This document shows, piece after piece, positions 8,563 to 19,242 of a stretch of DNA of 64,000 nucleotides. The notes below the pieces were generated by a model that ran no database searches, was not told where the DNA came from, and worked only from the letters and a program-made list of their open reading frames with translations. This DNA is from Nitrospirota bacterium. Its GTDB lineage: Bacteria > Nitrospirota > Thermodesulfovibrionia > Thermodesulfovibrionales > Dissulfurispiraceae. The stretch is from the NCBI GenBank assembly GCA_040754455.1, contig JBFMCP010000015.1, positions 1-64,000 on the forward strand, given 5' to 3'. How positions within the stretch are numbered: the stretch's first letter is position 1; each line of letters starts with the position of its first letter. The translations under genes and the position numbers were made by a program.

Positions 8563-9852
8563 CTATTTCCCTTGCAGTGCACGCTCGACCGTTTTTATTG
8601 CGCAGAACTCACCGCACATGCTGCAGACCTCTTTTTCAGAGGGCGGTACCTGCCCCCTCCACTCTCTTACCCTGTCAGGATTGAAGCTCATCGAAATCTG
8701 GCCATCCCAGTCAAGATTCTTCCGGAAGCGGGCCATTTGTTTATCTTTCTCCAGAGCGCCGGGAACACCCTTTGCGATATCGGCGGCATGGGCGGCGATT
8801 TTTGAGGCGATAACGCCATCACGTACATCCTCAATGTTCGGGAGCCGTATATGTTCGGCGGGGGTGACATAGCAGAGGAAATCAGCACCTGCTGCACCTG
8901 CAATGGCGCCGCCGATGGCTGCGGCGATGTGATCATAGCCCATCGCAATATCGGTAACCAGAGGGCCGAGCACATAGAAGGGAGCCCCCTTGCAGATCTC
9001 CTTCTGCATTTTGATATTGAGCTCCACCTGGTTCAGCGGCACGTGGCCGGGTCCCTCGATAATCGCCTGGACCCCTGCGTCAAGCGCCCTATCCCTGAGC
9101 TCGCCGAGGGTTACCAGTTCCTCGATCTGGCTCCGGTCAGTTGCATCGGCAAGACAGCCGGGCCGGAAACCATCCCCGAGACTCAGGGTGAGGTCATAGG
9201 TCCGTGCAAGGTCGAGCAAGCGGTCATACTGCTCATAGAGGGGATTCTCTTTATCATTGTAGATCATCCATTCGAGAAGGAACGCGCCGCCTCTGCTCAC
9301 GACATCGAGAATACGCCGGTCCTCTCTCAATCTCTGTATCGCTTTTTGGGTTATACCGCAGTGGACGGTTATAAAATCGACACCGTCCTTTGCATGCTCC
9401 TCGATTACCTGAAAGAGGTCTTCGGGATCCATTTTTGCGATGTGCCCGTTTTTCTCGGCGGTTTTGACGACCGCCTCATAAATAGGCACCGTACCTACCG
9501 CAACAGGAGACTTCCTGATGAGCGTCGTCCGTAGTTCCCTTATCGCTCCTCCGGTAGAGAGATCCATGACGGCGTCGGCTCCGTGCTTTACCAGCACCTC
9601 GAGCTTCCGGAGCTCATCCTCGTAAGATATCCTGTCCTTTGAGGTCCCGATGTTGGCATTTATCTTTGTCGTTAATCCTCTGCCGATGCCGAGCGGGGCA
9701 ATGTCATGCAGGCGATTCCTCGTGATGACGGTGACGCCGGCGGCGATATCGGCTGCAAGCCGTTCCGGGGAAATACCCTCAGCCCGTGCAACCGTTTCCA
9801 TCTCTTCGGTGATGCTCCCTCTCTTAGCCTGCTCTATTCTTGTCATAGTCAC
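8563..9852 (-). CDS. thiC: Phosphomethylpyrimidine synthase ThiC
   Basis: KINANIGTS, DAVMDLSTGG, SLGDGFRPG, EGPGHVP and CSMCGEFC Fe-S motif. Confidence 0.96.
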   Translation of the reverse strand: MTMTRIEQAKRGSITEEMETVARAEGISPERLAADIAAGVTVITRNRLHDIAPLGIGRGLTTKINANIGTSKDRISYEDELRKLEVLVKHGADAVMDLSTGGAIRELRTTLIRKSPVAVGTVPIYEAVVKTAEKNGHIAKMDPEDLFQVIEEHAKDGVDFITVHCGITQKAIQRLREDRRILDVVSRGGAFLLEWMIYNDKENPLYEQYDRLLDLARTYDLTLSLGDGFRPGCLADATDRSQIEELVTLGELRDRALDAGVQAIIEGPGHVPLNQVELNIKMQKEICKGAPFYVLGPLVTDIAMGYDHIAAAIGGAIAGAAGADFLCYVTPAEHIRLPNIEDVRDGVIASKIAAHAADIAKGVPGALEKDKQMARFRKNLDWDGQISMSFNPDRVREWRGQVPPSEKEVCSMCGEFCAIKTVERALQGK

Positions 9853-10475
9853 TCTCCTACCTCTTTCAAATAGTGTACAGCAGCAGCCCGTACATCGGAT
9901 GCACCGAGTATCCCGCTTATGAGCGCAATGCCCTGTGCGCCATGACCGATCACTTCTCCGATCGTCGTTTCCTTTATCCCTCCGATCCCGAACACGGGGA
10001 GGGAGACCTTACCGGCAACCTTCTTCAATTGCTCGACGCCTACGGGCCTGCCGTAGGCCCGCTTGGAAGGAGTATCGTACAGCGGTCCGAAGGTAATGAA
10101 ATCAGCGCCTTCCTGCTCTGCAGCAATTGCCTCTTCCATGGTGTGCGTTGAAACGCCGATTATCGCCATGTCGCCGATGACCTTTCTGACCGCAAATGCA
10201 GGCATGCCCGCCTGCCCGAGATGAACGCCGTCAGCCGCAACAGAAAGGGCGATATCCGCCCTGTCATTGATGATAAGCTTTGCGTTATAGTGTGCCGTCA
10301 TCTCTCTCATTTTATATGCCAGAGAGAGCAATTGCCTCGTCGGCATATCCTTTTCCCTTAGTTGAACGACTTTTACTCCACCTTCAAGCGCATGTTCGAT
10401 TGCGGTGAAAAACATCTCCTGGGTGGAAAATAGTGCTCTATCGGTAATCAGATAAAGCTTGAAATCTATGTTCAT
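9849..10475 (-). CDS. thiE: Thiamine-phosphate synthase
   Basis: QLREKD, INDRAD, GVHLGQ, GVSTH and TPSK. Confidence 0.95.
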   Translation of the reverse strand: MNIDFKLYLITDRALFSTQEMFFTAIEHALEGGVKVVQLREKDMPTRQLLSLAYKMREMTAHYNAKLIINDRADIALSVAADGVHLGQAGMPAFAVRKVIGDMAIIGVSTHTMEEAIAAEQEGADFITFGPLYDTPSKRAYGRPVGVEQLKKVAGKVSLPVFGIGGIKETTIGEVIGHGAQGIALISGILGASDVRAAAVHYLKEVGE

Positions 10476-10543
10476 AGCTGATGGTTCATAGTTTATAGCT
10501 CATAGCAGAATAAATACATCTATGGGCTAGCAGCCGTGAGCTG
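10470..10543. repeat. Inverted heptamer array (thiG-thiE junction)
   Basis: gttcata gctgatg gttcata gtttata gctcata ... tatgggc tagcagc cgtgagc (reverse-complement arm). Confidence 0.8.
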
Positions 10544-10551
10544 AAGATGGT

Positions 10552-11322
10552 CTACAGCATTCCCTCGAAAGGGCTGCTCGCTGTTGCATAAAGCTTCTTG
10601 CCGATCCGCCCTGCCCTGTACGCAAGCCTTCCCGCAAGAACAGCATGCTTCATCGCTTCCGCCATGGCAATAGGGTCTCCGGCACCGGCGATCGCGGTGT
10701 TGATCAGCACCGCATCACAGCCGAGCTCCATAGCGATTGCTGCGTCAGAGGCAGTCCCCACTCCCGCATCGACAATGATCGGCACTTTTGCCGCTTCAAG
10801 GATGATTTTTATGTTGTAGGGATTCCGTATACCCAGCCCCGAGCCGATCGGCGCACCGAGGGGCATCACCGCAGCGGCCCCTGCATCCTCGAGCCGTTTG
10901 GCCATGATGGGATCATCATTGGTGTAAGGAAAGACAATGAACCCCTCTTTTGCGAGCGTCTCCGTTGCTTTGAGAAGCCCGATGGTGTCAGGGAACAGCG
11001 TCCTCTCGTCGCCTATCACCTCGAGCTTGATCATATCGGAGACACCCGCCTCACGCGCAAGACGGGAATAGCGCAGCGCATCCTCGACAGTGTAGCAGCC
11101 AGCGGTATTGGGAAGTATCTTGTATTTTTTCGGATCGAGGTAATCGAGGAGATTCTCCGATTTCCTGTCGATGATGTTCACTCTCCTCACGGCTACCGTC
11201 ACCATATCGGCGCCTGAAGCCTCAATCGCCCGTGCCGTTTCATTAAAGTCCTTATACTTTCCGGTGCCGACCCAGAGTCTGGATCTGAATTCGATCCCCT
11301 TGATGACCAATGTATCTTCCAT
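10552..11322 (-). CDS. thiG: Thiazole synthase
   Basis: [33 protein letters not shown] and VDAGVG. Confidence 0.96.
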   Translation of the reverse strand: MEDTLVIKGIEFRSRLWVGTGKYKDFNETARAIEASGADMVTVAVRRVNIIDRKSENLLDYLDPKKYKILPNTAGCYTVEDALRYSRLAREAGVSDMIKLEVIGDERTLFPDTIGLLKATETLAKEGFIVFPYTNDDPIMAKRLEDAGAAAVMPLGAPIGSGLGIRNPYNIKIILEAAKVPIIVDAGVGTASDAAIAMELGCDAVLINTAIAGAGDPIAMAEAMKHAVLAGRLAYRAGRIGKKLYATASSPFEGML

Positions 11323-11337
11323 GTGTTCCTCCCAGCT

Positions 11338-11383
11338 TGTTCACTGCGCACCATTCATCGCAAAAGAGCATAAACAGTGGACG
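11338..11383. repeat. Degenerate inverted heptamer array (thiS-thiG junction)
   Basis: tgttcac tgcgcac cattcat ... ataaaca gtggacg. Confidence 0.5.
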
Positions 11384-11387
11384 TCTA

Positions 11388-11585
11388 TTATCCCCCACCG
11401 ACGAAATTGACAACCTCGACGGCATCACCCTCGTGCAATGCATAGTGAGCGAAATCAGCGCGCTTGATTACCTTGAGGTTCACTTCGACCGCAACCCTCT
11501 CAGGGAGTATGCCGAGCTCGTCAAGGAGCTCTGCTATGGTCGAGCGCCCTGTCTCGTACCTCTCACCATTTACCTTGAGTCTCAT
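11388..11585 (-). CDS. thiS: Sulfur carrier protein ThiS
   Basis: 65 aa ubiquitin-like protein with VAVEVN and C-terminal FVGGG. Confidence 0.95.
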   Translation of the reverse strand: MRLKVNGERYETGRSTIAELLDELGILPERVAVEVNLKVIKRADFAHYALHEGDAVEVVNFVGGG

Positions 11586-11611
11586 TTCCCTTCACCCTCA
11601 GCATCATATTC

Positions 11612-11650
11612 AAAAAAAATCCTCTATCCCTGGAAAGGAATAGAGGATTC
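11612..11650 (-). terminator. Intrinsic terminator (TPP riboswitch expression platform)
   Basis: mRNA reads GAAUCCUCUAUUCC-UUUCC-AGGGAUAGAGGAUUUUUUUU, between the aptamer and thiS. Confidence 0.85.
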
Positions 11651-11667
11651 TGAATTCCTCATCGCTG

Positions 11668-11767
11668 TATTCCCGATTCCTACGCCAGAATTATCTGGAT
11701 CAGGTTCAAGGGGTCTTCCCGTAATAACCGGAAACTCTCAGGCCGGCGGCCTCCCCCAGGGATAGTT
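11668..11767 (-). ncRNA. TPP riboswitch
   Basis: Minus strand GGGGG...CUGAGAG...ACCCCUUGAACCUGAUCCAGAUAAUUCUGGCGUAGGAA matches the THI-box, and it lies upstream of thiS. Confidence 0.95.
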
Positions 11768-11769
11768 AA

Positions 11770-11799
11770 ATCATAGTACAACAAAATTATAATTGTCAA
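11770..11799 (-). promoter_or_regulatory. Putative sigma70 promoter of the thi operon
   Basis: TTGACA-N18-TATGAT immediately upstream of the aptamer. Confidence 0.6.
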
Positions 11800-11871
11800 T
11801 CAAACAATTATATATAAGGTGTAGGGTATTCTGAAACGTACATGACGGAGCCCAAACAAGTATGTCGTGAA

Positions 11872-12687
11872 CTAAGGCGACCGCTTCCGTATGACAACCT
11901 GCTCGCCCTTCTTGATATTGAATCTCTCAGCTGCGTTGCCTTCTTTAATAAACAGCTCAAGATGATGCGAACTATTGATAAGGCAGCCGAGCTCTCCCTC
12001 AGTTGCCTGGGCATAGAAGCGGAAAAGATTGATCCTTCGTCCTTTGAAGAAGACCTCGACAGTCTCCCCAAGCAGCTTCAGCATATCGCGCTCGATATTG
12101 GTAATCGCATTCCCGAAGCGGTCGATATAGATCACCTCTCCTGTAAGAGTATCTTTTCCGATAACCGGCCGGGGAATCGGTATGATCCTGTAATCAGTTA
12201 TCACAGGGCCGAACGCTTCGGGCGGCACTCCCTTTGACAGCCATCCGGCAACGGGAGCGAACATATCCCTTCCCTGAAAGGTCGCGCTTTCTTTATCGAG
12301 CATGTATTTCTCTTCGGTAATGTGAATCACTTTTGCTGAAGGCGATGCGGAAAGTATCGAGGAGAACAGGCCGTTATCAGGGCCAACGAAGCAGTAGCGC
12401 TCCGTTTCAATAATGATCGGCCGCCGCTCGGAGCCGACGCCGGGATCGACAACGGCAACATGAATAGTGCCTTCGGGGAAATGGGGGGTGCTTGAGCCGA
12501 TGATAAAAGCTCCCTCGTCTATGGCATGTGCTGCTATCTCATGCGTAATATCAACAATGGTGACATGAGGATTGACCGACAGGATCGCGCCCTTCATCTC
12601 GCCGACAAAGGAATCCTTAAGGCCGAAGTCGGTGGTAAGCGTAATGATATTACTTTTTTGATGTGGTGAGACTTCCGATAAGGTCAT
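11872..12687 (-). CDS. SAM hydroxide adenosyltransferase / chlorinase-fluorinase family protein (DUF62)
   Basis: [28 protein letters not shown] and IDRFGN. Confidence 0.92.
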   Translation of the reverse strand: MTLSEVSPHQKSNIITLTTDFGLKDSFVGEMKGAILSVNPHVTIVDITHEIAAHAIDEGAFIIGSSTPHFPEGTIHVAVVDPGVGSERRPIIIETERYCFVGPDNGLFSSILSASPSAKVIHITEEKYMLDKESATFQGRDMFAPVAGWLSKGVPPEAFGPVITDYRIIPIPRPVIGKDTLTGEVIYIDRFGNAITNIERDMLKLLGETVEVFFKGRRINLFRFYAQATEGELGCLINSSHHLELFIKEGNAAERFNIKKGEQVVIRKRSP

Positions 12688-13570
12688 TGATATCAGAAAT
12701 CCGCTCTTCCTTCAGGAACGCTTCGATACCGTCGCATATATCGGTGGTGGCGGTCGGCATGATGAAGTTTGCCGTACCGACGGCAACAGCCCTCGCGCCG
12801 GCGATCATGAATTCGATGGCGTCGTGGGCGGTCATGATCCCTCCCATGCCGATGATGGGGATCTTCACTGCCTTGTACACCTCCCATACCATCCTCACCG
12901 CAATAGGCCGTATAGCCGGTCCGGAGAGTCCTCCGGTAGCATTGGCAAGCACCGGCTTCCGCCGTCTGATATCGATCACCATGCCGGTGATGGTGTTCAT
13001 GACCGATACGGCATCGGCTCCTGAGTCCTCGGCAACCTTTGCCATACAGCCGATGTCGGTGACATTCGGAGAAAGCTTCACGATCAGGGGAAGCTTCGTC
13101 ACGTTCCTCACCGCACCTACTACCTGGTCCATGGTCTTCGGGTCGGTGCCGAAGACGATCCAGCCCGCCTGTTTGTTGGGACAGGAGATATTCATTTCGA
13201 GGGCACGGACGCCATCTGCAGCGCTCAGTTCCTCTGCTGCCTGTACATACTCATCGATGGTGTCGCCGAAAAAATTGGCAATGACGGGGGTATCGAACTG
13301 CCGCAGGAAAGGAAGCTTTTCTTTAATGAAGGCCCTGACGCCGATGTTCTGCAGGCCGATGGCATTGAGCATTCCTGCCGGCGTCTCGACAATCCGCGGT
13401 GTCGGATTCCCCTCGCGCGGCGTGAGAGAGAGGCCTTTGACCACAATCGCTCCGAGCCGGTTCAGGTCAACGAACTCGGCATACTCCTCGCCATAGCCGA
13501 AGGTCCCCGAAGCAGTCATGACCGGGTTCTTCAGCTTGAGCGGGCCGATCTCTACCGCGAGATTTACCAT
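12650..13570 (-). CDS. pyrD: Dihydroorotate dehydrogenase B, catalytic subunit
   Basis: [23 protein letters not shown] and GGLSGPAI. Start MVNLAVE at 13570. Confidence 0.95.
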   Translation of the reverse strand: MVNLAVEIGPLKLKNPVMTASGTFGYGEEYAEFVDLNRLGAIVVKGLSLTPREGNPTPRIVETPAGMLNAIGLQNIGVRAFIKEKLPFLRQFDTPVIANFFGDTIDEYVQAAEELSAADGVRALEMNISCPNKQAGWIVFGTDPKTMDQVVGAVRNVTKLPLIVKLSPNVTDIGCMAKVAEDSGADAVSVMNTITGMVIDIRRRKPVLANATGGLSGPAIRPIAVRMVWEVYKAVKIPIIGMGGIMTAHDAIEFMIAGARAVAVGTANFIMPTATTDICDGIEAFLKEERISDINDLIGSLTTSKK

Positions 13571-14328
13571 ATGATTTCCTCTGCCGCAAACACCGGCCCT
13601 TCCTTGCACACCCTTTTTTGTCCCGCCGTCGTCTTCACAACACACCCCAGGCAGGCGCCGATGCCGCAGGCCATATGCTCCTCCAGCGAGACATAGCAAG
13701 GGATACCTCTATCCCGGACCTTTTTCGCGACTATGTGAAGCATCGGCGTAGGACCACAGGCATAGACCGGCGCACCAGGGAATGAGTCGAGACAGTGCTT
13801 TAAATATTCCGTTACGAAGCCCTTTCCCCCCGCTGAGCCGTCGTCGGTAGCTATGAACAGTTCTTTTGCCGCCTTCCGTGCCTCATCAACCATGACCAGT
13901 TCAGCCTTGTTTCTCGCTCCGTAACAAAGGTGAGCCCTTTTTTCGAATTTCTGTAGCAACGGAAAAAGTGAAGCGATCCCTATGCCTCCCGCAACAGCGA
14001 TAAAATCACCTTCTGGGGCAGGATAGCTGTTTCCAAGAGGCCCGATCAGCTGAATATCGGTCCCCTCTTTAAGTTTTGAAAGCGAGTGCGTACCCTTACC
14101 GCGTATACGGTAGAGAAAATGCAAGGTATTCTCTTCATAGCTGAAGATGCTGAAGGGCCTCTTTAAAAGAGGGTCGAACGAGTCCCCTGTCTGGAGCATA
14201 TAGAACTGACCGGGTTTCGGCAGAATGACCGTGGACGACGGTTTTACCACTAGTCGTTTAAAAAGGCTGGACTGATAATCGTTGTGCAGTATGGTAGCGC
14301 TGAAGGACCTAGACAAAGTTGATCTCAA
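13564..14328 (-). CDS. pyrK: Dihydroorotate dehydrogenase electron-transfer subunit
   Basis: PGQFYM, RPFSI, GPLGN, AGGIG and [11 protein letters not shown]...C [2Fe-2S] motif. Confidence 0.93.
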   Translation of the reverse strand: MRSTLSRSFSATILHNDYQSSLFKRLVVKPSSTVILPKPGQFYMLQTGDSFDPLLKRPFSIFSYEENTLHFLYRIRGKGTHSLSKLKEGTDIQLIGPLGNSYPAPEGDFIAVAGGIGIASLFPLLQKFEKRAHLCYGARNKAELVMVDEARKAAKELFIATDDGSAGGKGFVTEYLKHCLDSFPGAPVYACGPTPMLHIVAKKVRDRGIPCYVSLEEHMACGIGACLGCVVKTTAGQKRVCKEGPVFAAEEIIW

Positions 14329-14782
14329 TGATTTCGTATTCTATGGTCCTCGCCGGTGCCTTGACCACGGCCACATCGCCGACCTCTTTGCCGATCAAGG
14401 CCTTGGCGACGGGAGAGCTGATCGATATTTTACCTTCTTTGACATTCGCTTCGTCAGGGCCGACGAGAATGAACAGGTATTCCTCGTCCGCCTCCACATC
14501 GAGCACCTTGACCTGAGCGCCGAAGGCGACCTTCGATTGGTTTATCCGCGAGGGGTCGATGACATCCGCCAGCGCTATCTTCGCCTGGAGCTCCTGGATG
14601 CGCCCCTCGATAAAAGACTGCCGCTCCTTTGCCGCATGGTACTCTGCATTCTCGGAAAGGTCCCCGTGCGCGCGTGCCTCTGCAATATCCTGAATGTTCT
14701 TGGGCCTGTCGACCTTGAGCAGCCTGTCGAGCTCTTCCTTGAGCCTCTGGTAGCCCTCGGGGGTCATGGGGACACGGGCCAT
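14309..14782 (-). CDS. greA: Transcription elongation factor GreA
   Basis: ARAHGDLSENAEYHAAK and SPVAKAL. Start MARVPM at 14782. Confidence 0.96.
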   Translation of the reverse strand: MARVPMTPEGYQRLKEELDRLLKVDRPKNIQDIAEARAHGDLSENAEYHAAKERQSFIEGRIQELQAKIALADVIDPSRINQSKVAFGAQVKVLDVEADEEYLFILVGPDEANVKEGKISISSPVAKALIGKEVGDVAVVKAPARTIEYEIIEINFV

Positions 14783-14903
14783 GAAATGATCAACCTCCTC
14801 ACACAATAATGCTGTAACGATTTAAATAAAATAACACGTTCCCATAATTTTTTCAAAGAAAAGCACGGGAATCAATGAAAGAAATCTACATGAGAGCAAA
14901 CAA

Positions 14904-15359
14904 CTATGCTGTTTCGGAGTGCCTGGGTTCGGTCTTCGAAGGTAATGCCGGTAGAGGTACCTTGAAGGAGTAGCGGTCGTCTTCCAGAAGTATTTGTGCG
15001 GCTTTGAAGTTTGAGGAGTTTACGATAATCGGGGCTTTCAGGTTCGCAGTCACTACAGTATCAGCAACGGTAAGAATAGTGAATATTACCGTATCCGTCG
15101 GCTCCTTGATCTCGAGAAAAAGTTCCACTTCATCATCGATATCAACAGAATAAGCGGGAAAGAGGGAAAACGGGTCCATCACAATAAATGCCACATCGGG
15201 ATCATCAACCGCGTGCAGCCATTTGATGGGGTCTTTGTAATCGAGAAGAAAATAACGCTTCAGCTCCGGAAACCCGGGAATGCCGAGAGGAAACGTAATG
15301 ATCTTCCCTTCGTCTATTTCGATTTCACCGAACCTGGTAGTAGCGACTTTCATGGTCAT
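14904..15359 (-). CDS. fliW: Flagellar assembly factor FliW
   Basis: TTRFG, FPLGIPGF and TANLKAPI; adjacent to csrA. Confidence 0.93.
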   Translation of the reverse strand: MTMKVATTRFGEIEIDEGKIITFPLGIPGFPELKRYFLLDYKDPIKWLHAVDDPDVAFIVMDPFSLFPAYSVDIDDEVELFLEIKEPTDTVIFTILTVADTVVTANLKAPIIVNSSNFKAAQILLEDDRYSFKVPLPALPSKTEPRHSETA

Positions 15360-15366
15360 CCCCCGT

Positions 15367-15597
15367 CTAACGCTCCTCTTTTACCCCTAAGAAATTCTTG
15401 AGTTTATCGATGTCCATACGCGCTGACTCCTGATTGAGCTGTTTCAGTTTCTCGTACAGTTCTTCCCTGTAGATAGGCATATCTTTGGGCGCATCAATGC
15501 CGAGTTTGACAAAGCCGTTGCCGATTTCGACTATTTTGATCTGAATAGTGTCGCCAATAGTTATTGTCTGACCGGTCTTCCGCGTTAGAACAAGCAT
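15367..15597 (-). CDS. csrA: Carbon storage regulator CsrA
   Basis: MLVLTRK...IG..I...VKLGIDAP...IYREE. Confidence 0.95.
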   Translation of the reverse strand: MLVLTRKTGQTITIGDTIQIKIVEIGNGFVKLGIDAPKDMPIYREELYEKLKQLNQESARMDIDKLKNFLGVKEER

Positions 15598-15604
15598 TTA
15601 ATCC

Positions 15605-17080
15605 TCATCTGAGAAAGTCAAAGAGACTTGTCCTCATGAAATCCGTAGAAACGGCCCTCAGCCCCTCAAGTGCAACCTGCCGCTGGCTCATATCGGTAAC
15701 GACTTTTGCGATATCGGTATCCTGTTCATTGGAGAGATAGGTTTTGACATTGTACTCCCGATCATCGTGATAGCTTTCTTCGGCATCGATCTTATTTAAT
15801 CGGGCACCGATTTCAGCAGTAAATTGAGCGAGCTTGTCAGAGAGCTTGTTCAGATAGCCGAGTGACTTCTGAATTCTTCCGACGTCATTTGATTCGAGGG
15901 AGGCTTTCAGAAAATGAAGCGCACGTAGTAAATTGTTCTCATTAAGATAGTTATTATTGAAGCTGTAATAATTCGGATGCGAAGGGTCGGTGATGTAATT
16001 GTAGTTCGTAATATTCGTTCCGAGCAACATCGACTGGGCGCCTGTGGGGTCATAGGCGAGATCGTTGAGTCCCGTTCCGGCACCGTCCGCGGTTGTGACG
16101 GTAATTTTTATTTTATCGGAGCTTCCCACCGGCTTCGACGCGATGACGATTCTGAAGTCATCATTTGCAGGGTTGCCAGTCGTGTTGAAATTGACCACCT
16201 CCGCCTTAACTTTTGACCCGGCCTGTGCATTAATAGCATTCCGAACCTCATCAAGGCTGTAGTCGCCACTCGCATCAGCATCCTGAGCAGCACCAAGAGT
16301 AACGGTTACCGGCGATTGGTCATTATCTCCGACAGTAATGGTCAACGTCCCTCCGTTTGAGGAAAAAACATCGCCGGAGCTCGTGAAGCTCGCAACGGCA
16401 GGGAGACGTTCAGGGTCGCCTTTGGACGTATGCAATGCAGAAATCGGGTCTGCATCGGGAATCGTAATGGTTCCGCCATTATCCCAATTGTACGGCGGCA
16501 AGACGGCATTTTGCGGATCAGCGGCACTTGTCTTTCTAAAGCTGAAGATATCTCCGGCTGAAATATTTAAAGCGATTTTGACATTAAGTCCAATATCAAC
16601 CTGCAGGGAGCTTGTATCCGAAACAAATTCTCCCGTGGTGGCGTTGATGGGAGGGACATTCGATTGGAAACCGGCGAAAATGTAACGATCACCAACTTTT
16701 GTATTGGCGATCCTGATGGCATTCCCGATGAGGCCGTCAACCTCCTTTGCAATCATCGTTCTCGACCGGGGATCCATTGTCCCGTTTGCACCGCTCAAGG
16801 CAAGCTCCGTCGCCCTCGTTATATTTTCACCAAGTGTGATAAAGGCCGAGTCAAATGCCTCAAGGGGGCCCTTGGCGGTCGTAATCGATCGCAAGTACTC
16901 ACCGGTAGACGACAGCATGGTATTATAGTTGATGATTCTCGACATCGCCGTCGGATCATCCGATGGTTTGCCGATCCGTTTTCCCGTCGAGAGCTGTTCA
17001 CTGTCCTTTATTACAGCTTCCATGTTCCGCTGCATGCCGGAAAGGAAGCGGTCATAGAACATCTTCATGGTAACTTTCAT
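15605..17080 (-). CDS. flgL: Hook-associated protein 3
   Basis: LSTGKRI.KPSDDP, DRYIFAG and C-terminal SLFDFL; follows flgK. Confidence 0.92.
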   Translation of the reverse strand: MKVTMKMFYDRFLSGMQRNMEAVIKDSEQLSTGKRIGKPSDDPTAMSRIINYNTMLSSTGEYLRSITTAKGPLEAFDSAFITLGENITRATELALSGANGTMDPRSRTMIAKEVDGLIGNAIRIANTKVGDRYIFAGFQSNVPPINATTGEFVSDTSSLQVDIGLNVKIALNISAGDIFSFRKTSAADPQNAVLPPYNWDNGGTITIPDADPISALHTSKGDPERLPAVASFTSSGDVFSSNGGTLTITVGDNDQSPVTVTLGAAQDADASGDYSLDEVRNAINAQAGSKVKAEVVNFNTTGNPANDDFRIVIASKPVGSSDKIKITVTTADGAGTGLNDLAYDPTGAQSMLLGTNITNYNYITDPSHPNYYSFNNNYLNENNLLRALHFLKASLESNDVGRIQKSLGYLNKLSDKLAQFTAEIGARLNKIDAEESYHDDREYNVKTYLSNEQDTDIAKVVTDMSQRQVALEGLRAVSTDFMRTSLFDFLR

Positions 17081-17082
17081 GA

Positions 17083-19242
17083 TTACCTCCCCGTCATCCC
17101 CAGAAGAACCTCAAGCAGCTCGTCAGCAATGCCGATCATCTTTGCAGCAGCTTCAAAGGATTTCTGATATTTAACAAGGTTGGCCGCTTCCTCATCGAGA
17201 CTGATCCCGGAAATTTCCTCTCTCCTTCCCTCAAGCTCACTGACAAGGGCGCTCTGGAACTTCTGGCTGTCCTTTGCCGACAAAGATTCAACGGCGACAT
17301 CTGAAACGATTTCACGATAGAAATCTATAGGCTTTCTGCCGGCGATGATCAGTTGACTTGCAAGACCGGCGATCATTTTTGCGTTCTTATTATCGCCGGG
17401 GATGTTGGGGTATACCGCATTGTCGCCCGTCTCCGAGCCTGCAGCATTAATGTGTGAGTTTGAGGTGAAGCCGAACAGTCCCCTTCCTGTAGAGGCTGCA
17501 TTGGTCCAGTCAAAAACGATTGCATTAAGGTTGTCGTTCGGACCGACACCGGCGATGCCATCCTCATTGGTGATCGTGTATTTTTTAGTTCCTGAATTGT
17601 ATGCAACAGTATACTGGTACGCTGTCGTGCTGTCGGCGCTCTCCAACGCCTGCTTCAACTTGTCTGCAAGCTCCGACCTCGTATAGACACCGGAGGGAAT
17701 GGTCGCCGTCACAAAAGTAGAGCCGCCGTCCTCGCTGAACCTGATGTTGTTATTGGTTTCATCAACAGTGACCAGATCTCCTTCCGCGGCGGCGACCTTC
17801 TGAGGCTCGGTAATGGCAACGGCAATCTCCAATGCCGCATTTGTATTAAGCCGGAAGCTGAAGGTTTCACCCGCGGCGATCAGATTATTGTCAAACCGTA
17901 CCTTGATCCCTTCAAACTCAAGGGTCCTCCAGGAGCCGGCGGTAGAACTGGGCGTCAAATTAACTCTACTCTGATTGAGCGTCGAGGGATCCGAAGGATC
18001 AAACAATGTATTGGGAGCAATGGTCGTCCATGTTGCACCATCGTCGGTCGATTTCTGGACCCGCCAGTAAAAACCAGTCGTACCTTCCTGTATGTAATCA
18101 GCCTGATCCGCGGGGGGAAGGGCAGCGTAAGCAACTGCGTCGATATAATCCGACCTGTATTGATTCGAGAAGCTGACGCTGTTTGTGTTGGTAATGCTTA
18201 AGGAGGTTATCGTCGCTCCGGCGGAGGGGTCGGAATCGGTGATGGTGTTCGTCGCAAAAGAAAAAAAATTATTCCCCGTTGACCCATCCGTTCCATACCC
18301 CTGCCGGTGGTAGTAATTAACGACATCGGAAAGGTTAATGGCCATGATATTGAGTTTATCTATGTATTCGGGAATCTGCGTATCCCTGAGATCATAATTT
18401 GCTTTCAGTTCGCCACCCGTAATATAGTGCGAAACCTCTCGTGTCTCGGTCAGCACTCCCCTGGAGTCGGTGAAATTGACATAAAAATGCAGATTGTTGT
18501 TGATATCGATACTGGAATCCAGATGGAATACCCGAGCGCCGTCTACAAGAGGGACACCGCTTATCATAACGGCATATCTGCCCACGTTATCCTCAAAAGT
18601 AGTCACCTTGACGATTTCATTGAGGCGCTCAATAAGCCTGTCTCTCTGGTCTTTAAGGTCCAGTGAGCCGGGAGATGCGGAGATTTTTTCGTTCAGATCC
18701 GCGATCTTTGCCGTAATGGTATTAACTTCATCGACCAGAAACTCATTGCTCTTCACCAGTTCATTACGCTCTTCATCCAGTGTGGTATACGCTCTGTTGA
18801 TGCGCGCAGTGAGATACTCGGCTTTTTTAATGAGCAACGACCGTTCGGCATATCCTTCGGGATTGTTTGAAAGCTCCTGCCAGGCATTGAAAAAATCGTT
18901 TATTGAAGTCGACAGATTGACATCGGATGCCTCGTTGAATACATTTTCTATCTTGACGATGCCCTCTCCGTATGCTTCCCAATAGGCAAGGTTGGATTTC
19001 TCATTTCTTAATTGGAGGGCAATGAATGAATCATACAACCTCTGGACACCGGTGGTCTTGACCCCTCGCCCGCTCAAGCCCGTGCTGCTTAAAACTCCGG
19101 AGGGCACACTCTCAAGGACAAGCTCCTGTCTCGTATAGCCGGGAGTATTAATATTAGCGACATTATGTGCCGTAGTGTCCAGTGCTTTTCTCGTCACATA
19201 CATTGCGGTCTTTCCGATGTCAAATACCCCGAGTATCGACAT
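17083..19242 (-). CDS. flgK: Hook-associated protein 1
   Basis: AHNVANINTPGYTRQ and SGISLDEEAANL..YQ..F.AAAK. Confidence 0.94.
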   Translation of the reverse strand: MSILGVFDIGKTAMYVTRKALDTTAHNVANINTPGYTRQELVLESVPSGVLSSTGLSGRGVKTTGVQRLYDSFIALQLRNEKSNLAYWEAYGEGIVKIENVFNEASDVNLSTSINDFFNAWQELSNNPEGYAERSLLIKKAEYLTARINRAYTTLDEERNELVKSNEFLVDEVNTITAKIADLNEKISASPGSLDLKDQRDRLIERLNEIVKVTTFEDNVGRYAVMISGVPLVDGARVFHLDSSIDINNNLHFYVNFTDSRGVLTETREVSHYITGGELKANYDLRDTQIPEYIDKLNIMAINLSDVVNYYHRQGYGTDGSTGNNFFSFATNTITDSDPSAGATITSLSITNTNSVSFSNQYRSDYIDAVAYAALPPADQADYIQEGTTGFYWRVQKSTDDGATWTTIAPNTLFDPSDPSTLNQSRVNLTPSSTAGSWRTLEFEGIKVRFDNNLIAAGETFSFRLNTNAALEIAVAITEPQKVAAAEGDLVTVDETNNNIRFSEDGGSTFVTATIPSGVYTRSELADKLKQALESADSTTAYQYTVAYNSGTKKYTITNEDGIAGVGPNDNLNAIVFDWTNAASTGRGLFGFTSNSHINAAGSETGDNAVYPNIPGDNKNAKMIAGLASQLIIAGRKPIDFYREIVSDVAVESLSAKDSQKFQSALVSELEGRREEISGISLDEEAANLVKYQKSFEAAAKMIGIADELLEVLLGMTGR

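Noticed and set aside
11842..12237. 131-aa plus-strand ORF
   Set aside because: It is antisense to the DUF62 gene, with no motif or RBS support.
15605..17080. Flagellin (fliC) call for the 491-aa ORF
   Set aside because: Its position after flgK and the RYIFAG and SLFDFL motifs indicate FlgL.
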